A stretch of DNA of 36,130 bases. It comes from Pirellulales bacterium. Lineage in GTDB: Bacteria; Planctomycetota; Planctomycetia; Pirellulales; UBA1268. The position numbers and the translations under genes were made by a program. How positions within the stretch are numbered: position 1 is the stretch's first letter; the number at the start of each line of letters is the position of its first letter. Shown here in pieces: positions 29,243-36,130 of the stretch. Location of the stretch: contig JBMTLP010000001.1 of assembly GCA_049433245.1 (NCBI GenBank), forward strand, positions 1 to 36,130. The letters are read 5' to 3'. Below the pieces are notes generated by a model that had not been told where the DNA came from, searched no databases, and worked only from the letters and a program-made list of their open reading frames with translations.

Positions 29243-30526
29243 CTAGGCGGCCTGCAGTACATCCACGACGTTGCCGCCGCCTTGGCCTCCCACGATCAAC
29301 GGTGCGTAACCCGAGGCAGCGGCGTGCGCGACGCTCCACGATGACGTGTGGGCAACGCCGCCGTATTCACCCTGCTCGAACACCGCAGCCCAGGGGAGGC
29401 CGGCAGTGGCGAACTCGGCTGCGGAATTCCCTCCCGCCCCACCGAGCCCGAGCACAACAGGAGCCTGCGTGGCGGGAGGACTGGCAGGAGTGTGCTCCGC
29501 GGGAAGGTGCCCCAGCAGCGTGATCTGGGCAGCTCCCCGGATGGCATGGGCGCGGGCGGCGACTCGATCGAACGCGAGGGCTCGCTGCAGGTGGGGCGGC
29601 GGTGCGGGTGGGGCATCGCCTGGTCGCCATCCATCAAGCCAGCCTGCGAGGCAGTCGGTGACATCGCCCTGACCTTCGCGCACGCGTGGCGGGGCTCGGC
29701 GGGCGTCTCGATGCCACGCTCGGATTGACTGCTTCCAGTTTGCCCTCAGGATGGTCATGTGCCGAGCGCTCGCTTCCTGCCGAGTGATCCGGGCGGCCAC
29801 AACGCTCAGAAGTTCAAGCGGGTGGCAGCGGGCGGTATCTCGTGCCAGCAGCTCGGCCCAGGGGAAGTGGGCACTCGGCCGCAAGCATCGCACGAAACGA
29901 CCGATCAGCCCGATCGCGAGGCTTTCCGACACCGACGGCGGTCGGGCAGCGGCTGCATCGCAGCAGGTTGCAGGATCAAACTCATGGCCATGAGAGACCA
30001 GCACGTCGACATCGTCTCCCCAGCGTGTGGCGACTGCTGGAGGCCACGGCAGATTGGGCATCGCAGCTGGCACCCCCGCTGATGCGAAGCCCCGCTCGTC
30101 ACGGTCTCCTGTGACCACAACCACGCGGACCGGCACCCTGCAGCGATGTCGTTCGCATGGTCGTCTTCGCGGCGTGGCCACGGGAACCGAGAGCCCGCGG
30201 TGCTGAAGTCCTCGTAAGGCCGCGATTGCCCGACGCCCGCGGCGGAGGCAGTCGGCCGCTATGGTGGCCATGATCTCCGCCGAGACGCGGGTGCCATCCC
30301 ATGGGCGGACGTCCTCGGTCCAACGGTCGCTGGAAAGCAGATCGAGCATGTCGCCGGCAAAGACGAGATCGACCCGCGCGATCGGTCTATAACTTCCGTC
30401 GCGGCGGAAGCCGGCCCGACCGGCGAGCGCCGCGATGTCGCGGAGGAAGGTGGTCATTTCAGCACCGGCAACCGGTCGACTGAGGCTGCCATCTGGCAGC
30501 AGCCAGTTTGCTGAGCAGACGAGCAT
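29243..30526 (-). CDS. hypothetical protein, N-terminal half resembling a metallophosphoesterase with degenerate motifs
   Basis: Four motifs occur in MPE order: 'LVCSANWLL' (vs SDxHL), 'LVFAGDMLDLL' (GDxxD), 'VVVVTGDRDE' (vs GNHD/GNRD), and 'LVSHGHEFD' (GH). The C-terminal ~230 aa are unassigned and Gly/Ala-rich at the end. Start is ATG 30526 or 30601. Confidence 0.4.
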   Translation of the reverse strand: MLVCSANWLLPDGSLSRPVAGAEMTTFLRDIAALAGRAGFRRDGSYRPIARVDLVFAGDMLDLLSSDRWTEDVRPWDGTRVSAEIMATIAADCLRRGRRAIAALRGLQHRGLSVPVATPRRRPCERHRCRVPVRVVVVTGDRDERGFASAGVPAAMPNLPWPPAVATRWGDDVDVLVSHGHEFDPATCCDAAAARPPSVSESLAIGLIGRFVRCLRPSAHFPWAELLARDTARCHPLELLSVVAARITRQEASARHMTILRANWKQSIRAWHRDARRAPPRVREGQGDVTDCLAGWLDGWRPGDAPPAPPPHLQRALAFDRVAARAHAIRGAAQITLLGHLPAEHTPASPPATQAPVVLGLGGAGGNSAAEFATAGLPWAAVFEQGEYGGVAHTSSWSVAHAAASGYAPLIVGGQGGGNVVDVLQAA

Positions 30527-30697
30527 GCCGTAGCCTCGGCCCAAAGAGCCAGTGCGAGCGAGAGGAACGCCGGCCATCGCGTGGTTGCCAGCAGACTCCA
30601 TTCACGGAGTCGGCAGATTCCCGTCTGTCGCATCCGTCTGAGAAAAACGGAGCCCATTGGCAGCCCAGCCTGTGGGAACTGCGCACTCCACCCGTTT

Positions 30698-32164
30698 TTA
30701 CGGGGTCAGTGCGGTGGTCTCCGCGTGCCCGGTCACGGAGCCTTCGAGTTCGTCGCCGGTCAAGACGACTTCGCTCTTCCAACGACCTGACGCGGGTAGT
30801 CGGATCGCCAGTTCCAGCGTCGTCAGATTGCCTGGGGCAAGCGAGGGGATGCCATCAAAACTGACCGTGCGACCATCGATCCGAACCCGTGACGGGCTTG
30901 GGTCACCCACCAGTTTCGCCTGCTCGGGCAGGAGGATGGTCGCGTTGAGCAGCCCTGTCGAGCTGGTGCCTTCGTTGCGGATCGTGCAGATGAGCGTTGT
31001 GCTGCTCCCAATTTGCACGGGGTCGTCGCAATCCGCGAGGGTGAGCCGCAGGCCGGCATCGGTCATCGTGCGGCGGGAGGTGGTGTCGGCGGCGATCGCC
31101 ACGCAGCATTCGTCCGCGACCAAGACCCCCCCGACCACGCCCGACAGCACTCCGCGAATGCACAGCCTAGGCTGGCGAAAACCGAGGCTGGTCGGAGGGG
31201 AGGCAGGTAGACGCAGGTTGATCTGCCGACGGAGTTTCCCTCCTGGTTCGACCGGTGGGAGGTCCCAGGAAACTTTGTCGCTCCCCATGACGTAGCCGTC
31301 CGATGCCTCGGCGGCGACGAAGCCTTGATCCCATGAGAGTTCGAGTGTGCCCCCGGACGACGCGACCTGGCCGGTGTTGTGCACGGTGGCGATGAAGTCT
31401 GCGAGTTCCCCATGCTTCCGCTCTGTCGGACCGGTGATTTCCATTTCCAAAGCAGCAGGCGAGGCTGAGGATGCTGCCGGGAACGACGGCGCTGGCGAGA
31501 GGAGATCGGGTGGCGTGGCGGGGGCTGGCGATACAGGTTCCGCTGCTGGAGTTGGCACGGGGGGCACCATCACGGAAGGCGGAGCCAGGCCGGCAGAGGC
31601 TGGCGGAGGCGTGGCTGGGAGCGATGTGGCCGGAGGCGGAACGGTGGTGGTTGGGGCAACGGCAGGGGTGTTGGTGGTGGTGGGCTGAGGTGGCGGCGAG
31701 ACCTCCACGCAGGCGGTGGCACCTCCGACGAACTGGTGCGAAGGGTCGAGGATTTCTACCCGATGGCATTGCCGGCCAGGCCCGGCGGCGATGAACTCCA
31801 GCGTGATCCGGCGAGATGTTCCTACAGCGAGATCAACCGTGCCCTTTTGTTCGATCGGGCTCAACGAGGCTTCGTGCCGAAAGCCTTCATCGAAATAGTC
31901 CACGATCCGCAGACCGCTGAGAGGCTTACCAGAGCGGTTCACCAGTTCCACTTCGAAACTGAGTTTTTCACCGACCGCTGCGAGCAGGGGGCCGGTGATG
32001 AGCACACCGACGGAGTCTTCAGCGACCGACACCTGGGGGAGCAGCCCACCGACCACCGCCACGAATGGCATCACCGCCGCAAGCAGGCGAGCGATCGTGC
32101 GACGAGGTCGTGCCGCGGCTTGCAACACAGGCGAGGGTAAGCCGACAAAACGGAAGGCGTGCAT
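30698..32164 (-). CDS. exported protein with three DUF11/CARDB-like Ig-fold repeats and a Pro/Thr-rich linker
   Basis: Signal/anchor 'LLAAVMPFVAVVGGLL'. Repeat cores are 'LSFEVELVNRSGKPLSGLRIVDYFDEGF', 'LADFIATVHNTGQVASSGGTLELSWDQGF', and 'TTLICTIRNEGTSSTGLLNATILLPEQAKL'. An ~85-aa P/T/A linker follows domain 1. The ATG at 32164 has AGGAG 9 nt upstream. Confidence 0.68.
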   Translation of the reverse strand: MHAFRFVGLPSPVLQAAARPRRTIARLLAAVMPFVAVVGGLLPQVSVAEDSVGVLITGPLLAAVGEKLSFEVELVNRSGKPLSGLRIVDYFDEGFRHEASLSPIEQKGTVDLAVGTSRRITLEFIAAGPGRQCHRVEILDPSHQFVGGATACVEVSPPPQPTTTNTPAVAPTTTVPPPATSLPATPPPASAGLAPPSVMVPPVPTPAAEPVSPAPATPPDLLSPAPSFPAASSASPAALEMEITGPTERKHGELADFIATVHNTGQVASSGGTLELSWDQGFVAAEASDGYVMGSDKVSWDLPPVEPGGKLRRQINLRLPASPPTSLGFRQPRLCIRGVLSGVVGGVLVADECCVAIAADTTSRRTMTDAGLRLTLADCDDPVQIGSSTTLICTIRNEGTSSTGLLNATILLPEQAKLVGDPSPSRVRIDGRTVSFDGIPSLAPGNLTTLELAIRLPASGRWKSEVVLTGDELEGSVTGHAETTALTP

Positions 32165-32275
32165 TCCACGCTCCTGACATGGCTGGGCTGTTAGAGGCGA
32201 TCCCCAGATGGTACCACGACCGCGCAGCGGATGTCGGGAGGCCAACCGCGGCGGGAGAGCCTGTGAGCCCAGCCG

Positions 32276-32935
32276 TCAGTCTGCCGCGCGATGGCGAACG
32301 ATGTCGCCCTCCACCATGTAAATCACATCTTCGGCGATGTTGGTGGCCATGTCGGCCAGCCGTTCGAGATGCTTGGAGACCGAGTTGATTCGCATCAAAT
32401 CCTCGGCAATCGCCGGTGTTTCTTGGATGGCTTTGAGCACCTTGTCACGAATTGTCTGCCGAGCCACGTCGACCTCGTCGTCTTGCTCTCGGACATGGCG
32501 AGCAAGGGATGGGTCGGCGTTGACGACCGCTTCGAGCGACTGCATCACCATCTCTTGAGCCTTGATCGCCATGGGACGAATCTCGGCCGGCAGTTCGATC
32601 TGCTGCCCCCGCGCGAGTTGCCCCACACGTTTGGCGATGTTCTTGGCGAGATCCCCCATGCGCTCCAGATCGTTGTTCATCTTGAGCGCGGCAACGACAA
32701 ATCGCAGGTCGGCAGCCACGGGCTGGTAGAGGGCAAGAATCTTGAGGCACTCCTCCTCAACCTCCACCTCCATGCGGTCGATTTCGGCATCGGAGTCGAT
32801 CACCCTTTGCGCAAGCGCGGTGTCGCGGTTGATCAGCGCCGTGATGGCCTTGGAGATGGCCTCTTCTACCAGCGTGCCAACAAACTGAATCTTGTGCTTA
32901 AGTTGATCGATCTGGCGTTCGATGTGTCGCGTCAT
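32276..32935 (-). CDS. phoU: phosphate signalling complex protein PhoU
   Basis: 219 aa with a duplicated three-helix PhoU repeat. The conserved 'DxxxD/E' metal motifs are 'NNDLERMGDLAKNIAKR' and 'VSKHLERLADMATNIAEDV'. It sits immediately downstream of pstB. Confidence 0.95.
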   Translation of the reverse strand: MTRHIERQIDQLKHKIQFVGTLVEEAISKAITALINRDTALAQRVIDSDAEIDRMEVEVEEECLKILALYQPVAADLRFVVAALKMNNDLERMGDLAKNIAKRVGQLARGQQIELPAEIRPMAIKAQEMVMQSLEAVVNADPSLARHVREQDDEVDVARQTIRDKVLKAIQETPAIAEDLMRINSVSKHLERLADMATNIAEDVIYMVEGDIVRHRAAD

Positions 32936-32965
32936 AAGAAAGAGATGCCTTGAGGCGAGCGGCTA

Positions 32966-33841
32966 TTAACCAAACCGGCCAGTGACGTAGGCCTCGGTCT
33001 CGCGCAGAATCGGCTTGGTGAAAATCTCCGTGGTCGGACCGTATTCAATCAGCCTGCCAAGATACATGAAAGCGGTGTAGTCGCTGGTGCGGCTCGCCTG
33101 CTGCATGTTGTGCGTAACCATCAGGACGGAGTAGGTGCCGCGAAGTTCTTGGATCAGGTCTTCCACTTTTCCGGTGGCGATGGGGTCGAGGGCGCTGCAA
33201 GGTTCGTCGAGCAACAGCACTTCCGGTTCTGCGGCGATGGCGCGGGCGATGCAGAGTCGCTGCTGCTGCCCACCGGACAGCCCCAAGGCACTCTCGGTCA
33301 GCCGGTCCTTCACTTCGTCCCACAACGCCGCGCCACGAAGGCTTCTTTCGCAGACCTCGTCGAGAACACCTCGGTTCCGCTCGCCATCGATTCGCAGCGC
33401 ATAGACCACGTTCTCGTAGATACTCATCGGGAACGGATTCGGTTTTTGAAAAACCATCCCCATCCGCTTCCGCAGTTCGATGACGTCGGTCCTTCGCTCA
33501 TAGATGGAGTCGCCATTGAGCCGCATGTCGCCAGTGATTCGCACACTCTGTACGAGGTCGTTGAGTCGGTTGACGCTTCGCAGCAAAGTGGACTTGCCGC
33601 ATCCGCTCGGCCCCACCAAGGCGGTCACCTTCCGATCGGGAATTGGCATCGTGATGCCATGCAGGGCCTGCTTGTGCCCGTACCAAAGGTTGAAGGTGTC
33701 GATTTCAAGGACAGGCGTTTCGCTCAGAACCTGAGGGTGCACCTCAGAAGGCACGTCCATTCCAGCGGCCACAGCGACCAAGCGGTCGTCCGTAAAGGCG
33801 GCTCGAGTTTGGTCTGGCGGAGGCGTGGTGCGAGTGCTCAT
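32966..33841 (-). CDS. pstB: phosphate ABC transporter ATP-binding protein PstB
   Basis: Walker A 'GPSGCGKST', signature '[14 protein letters not shown]', Walker B '[11 protein letters not shown]', and the PstB-typical '[25 protein letters not shown]'. Confidence 0.97.
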   Translation of the reverse strand: MSTRTTPPPDQTRAAFTDDRLVAVAAGMDVPSEVHPQVLSETPVLEIDTFNLWYGHKQALHGITMPIPDRKVTALVGPSGCGKSTLLRSVNRLNDLVQSVRITGDMRLNGDSIYERRTDVIELRKRMGMVFQKPNPFPMSIYENVVYALRIDGERNRGVLDEVCERSLRGAALWDEVKDRLTESALGLSGGQQQRLCIARAIAAEPEVLLLDEPCSALDPIATGKVEDLIQELRGTYSVLMVTHNMQQASRTSDYTAFMYLGRLIEYGPTTEIFTKPILRETEAYVTGRFG

Positions 33842-33882
33842 GCGAGTGGTGGCAGTGAGGAGGGGAGTGTTCGGAGCATACT

Positions 33883-35577
33883 TCAGAACTGCTGGGTCTC
33901 GAAGCGACGCCGGAGCCGGCCGCGGAGCCAGATCGCGGCGATGTTGAGCGCGGCGATGATCGCAACCAACAGGAAGGTGATCGTAAACACCATCGGCTGT
34001 GCGGCCTGACTGTTGGGGCTCTGGAACCCGACGTCGTAAATCAGATACGCGAGGTGCATGAACTCGCGCTCAGGGTGGATGTACGGGAACACGCCGTCGA
34101 TGGGCAGGTCGGAGGCGAGTTTCTTCACGCCGACAAGCATGAGTGGTGCCACCTCACCTGCTCCGCGAGCCATCGCCAGGATCAGTCCGGTCATGATCCC
34201 CGGCAGGGCCCGCGGAAGCACGATCCGACGAATCGTTTGCCACTTGCCGGCGCCGCACGCGTAAGACCCTTCTCGCATGGAGTTTGGCACCGAGGCGAGA
34301 GCTTCTTCGGTGGCCACGATCACCACCGGTAGGGTGAGCAGTGCCAGGGTGAGCGAGGCCCACAGCAAACCACCGGTACCAAACACGGGTTGGTTGTCGG
34401 CAACGAGGCTGGCTTCAAAAAACAGGTCGTCGATGTTTGCACCCAGCACGTAGCAGAAGAAGCCCAAACCAAACGCCCCGTAGACGATGCTCGGCACGCC
34501 GGCGAGGTTGTTGATCGCAATTCGCACCGCCGAGGTCACGGGACCACTCGAGGCATACTCACGAAGGTAGAGCGCTGCGAGCACACCAAAGGGGGCCACA
34601 AACACCGCCATGATGATGGTCATGGCGACGGTGCCCCAGATTGCCGGGAAGACGCCGCCGGCGCTATTGGCTTCACGGGGATCGTCGGTCAGGAACTCTT
34701 GCCAGCGAGCGAGGTACACCGACAGTTTGCCAAACCACGACAGCCGATTGGGCTGCCAGCCGCGGACGATTCCGGCGAGCGGCATGCGGGCATCAAAACC
34801 GTCGGCTGTGCGAAAGCTGATCTCGTATCGCGCGTTTTCTTCTCTGAGGGCGGCGGTCTGCTCATCGAAGCGGCGGACATCGTCGTCGGCGGTCTGCTGG
34901 AGGGCTACTTCCTCGGCCACTGCAGCGGCGCGTTCGGAACTGTCGGCGCCATGGTCGAGTTCGGCTTGGACCACGCTGAGCCGGGCCGCTCGCAGTTCGC
35001 GTTGCACCCGGCCCCGGTCGTACTTGTCGATTGAGCGTGCCTGGGCGTATCGGGCGCGAACGAGCGGGTGGACCTCCGCAAAGCGAGCCCAGGTCGCAGC
35101 CGGCCCTTCGGCAACCGCCTCACCGTCGATGAAGAATGCCTGCGGAATGCCATGGAATCGGCCGTCTTCGAGCCGTTCCACCGCCGTCGCCCATTCGGGG
35201 CGCTCGATCGCCACCACATCCGCGTCGTCGACCCACGTGTAGTGCTGACCAGTGAACTCGTAGTTGGCACCTCGGATCAACCGCCGAGTTGCGGCCGGTG
35301 TGCCGACTTCGCCGTCAGGAACCGCTTCTCGGGCGGCCACCTCCCCCAGCAGGATCTGGTCGTTCGCCAGTCGTACCTGCTCCAGCGGCAAAGGCCAGAA
35401 CGTGGTCAGACCCCGAATCGCGATGAACAGGAGTAGGCCGGTGATCATCAACACTGCGGTGGCGAGCGAACCAGCTGTGAGCCAGACCCACGGCTCGCCA
35501 TACGCGACAAGATTGGTGTAGCCACTGCGAACGCGGCGACGAGGTCGCTGGCTGCGGGCGAACGTGTCAGAGTGCAT
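33883..35577 (-). CDS. pstA: phosphate ABC transporter permease PstA, long form with ~245-aa insertion after TM1
   Basis: The C-terminal ~255 aa are the canonical PstA permease core, with EAA-like loop '[31 protein letters not shown]'. The N-terminus has one TM followed by a large soluble segment. The ATG at 35577 overlaps the pstC stop by 11 nt. Confidence 0.92.
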   Translation of the reverse strand: MHSDTFARSQRPRRRVRSGYTNLVAYGEPWVWLTAGSLATAVLMITGLLLFIAIRGLTTFWPLPLEQVRLANDQILLGEVAAREAVPDGEVGTPAATRRLIRGANYEFTGQHYTWVDDADVVAIERPEWATAVERLEDGRFHGIPQAFFIDGEAVAEGPAATWARFAEVHPLVRARYAQARSIDKYDRGRVQRELRAARLSVVQAELDHGADSSERAAAVAEEVALQQTADDDVRRFDEQTAALREENARYEISFRTADGFDARMPLAGIVRGWQPNRLSWFGKLSVYLARWQEFLTDDPREANSAGGVFPAIWGTVAMTIIMAVFVAPFGVLAALYLREYASSGPVTSAVRIAINNLAGVPSIVYGAFGLGFFCYVLGANIDDLFFEASLVADNQPVFGTGGLLWASLTLALLTLPVVIVATEEALASVPNSMREGSYACGAGKWQTIRRIVLPRALPGIMTGLILAMARGAGEVAPLMLVGVKKLASDLPIDGVFPYIHPEREFMHLAYLIYDVGFQSPNSQAAQPMVFTITFLLVAIIAALNIAAIWLRGRLRRRFETQQF

Positions 35578-36130
35578 TGGACCTCCGACGAACCCTCTGC
35601 CGGACGATTTCCGCGATCGTGTTGACCACGAAGGTCATGGCGAAGAGCGTGAGCGCGGCCAAGAAAAGCACCCGGTAGTGGGCCGTGCCTCGGGCTGCCT
35701 CGGGAAGTTCGGTAGCCAACGCTGCGGAGAGCGTTTGAAAGCCGTTGAAGATGTTCCACTTCAGCAGCGGGGTGTTGCCAGCCGCCATCAGCACGATCAT
35801 CGTTTCGCCAACCGCACGGCCCAGACCGATCATCACGGCTGAAAAAATACCGCCGCTCGCCGCAGGCACAATCACGCGAATCGCCGTTTGCCACGGGGTT
35901 GCCCCAGCTCCGAGTGAGGCACTGCGCAGATGCTCAGGCACGCTCGACAAAGCGTCGTCAGCGATCGTGAAGATCAAGGGGATGATCGCAAAACTCATCC
36001 CGATGCCAACCACCATCGCGTTTCGCTGAACGTAGGTCCCAAAGATGCCTCCACGCGTATCGAGCCGGAACGCATCGAGCAGCACGCCAGCCGCCATCGC
36101 CAACGCGAGCGCTGCGGCGACGGTCAGGAC
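35567..36130 (-). CDS. pstC: phosphate ABC transporter permease PstC (5' end outside window)
   Basis: The frame stays open to the window edge, with no stop in the last 9 codons. EAA loop 'DDALSSVPEHLRSASLGAGATPWQTAIRVIVPAA'. It lies upstream of pstA-pstB-phoU on the same strand. Confidence 0.9.
   Translation of the reverse strand, partial: VLTVAAALALAMAAGVLLDAFRLDTRGGIFGTYVQRNAMVVGIGMSFAIIPLIFTIADDALSSVPEHLRSASLGAGATPWQTAIRVIVPAASGGIFSAVMIGLGRAVGETMIVLMAAGNTPLLKWNIFNGFQTLSAALATELPEAARGTAHYRVLFLAALTLFAMTFVVNTIAEIVRQRVRRRSNAL

Noticed and set aside
32165-32275. Pho box upstream of the DUF11 gene
   Set aside because: I saw no tandem CTGTCAT-like 7-nt direct repeats with 4-nt spacing. The pst promoter itself lies outside the window.

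Overview
GC-rich, densely packed bacterial chromosome segment. The gene content (leucine-rich-repeat, DUF11-type and TPR exported proteins, weak Shine-Dalgarno usage) suggests Planctomycetota, but this is inference only. I support 29 protein genes and one tRNA. Most are housekeeping: miaB, glnE, ligA, uvrC, an alpha-glucan phosphorylase, two divergent phosphohexomutase paralogs, a GT9 heptosyltransferase, a BASS transporter, cutA, and a pstC(partial)-pstA-pstB-phoU operon at the right edge. I found no CRISPR array, transposase, integrase, rRNA or recognisable defence or toxin enzyme. I also found no convincing multi-gene novel system. The best second-look candidates are: (1) a two-gene islet at 20.16-22.14 kb, an orphan excisionase-type HTH plus a DUF4259-like::LRR fusion, lying next to a uvrC that lacks its C-terminal (HhH)2 domain; (2) an exported TPR protein with seven DPF(G) motifs in a disordered acidic tail; (3) a metallophosphoesterase-like protein with degenerate motifs, in a nine-gene co-directional run downstream of pst-phoU. 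Smaller oddities: a tRNA-Ala(GGC) that ends 6 nt before a CDS, two convergent gene pairs sharing a CTAG overlapping-stop tetranucleotide, and several 4-nt start/stop overlaps. The many long antisense ORFs in the track are GC artefacts. All family calls come from motif recognition by eye and need HMM or BLAST confirmation.
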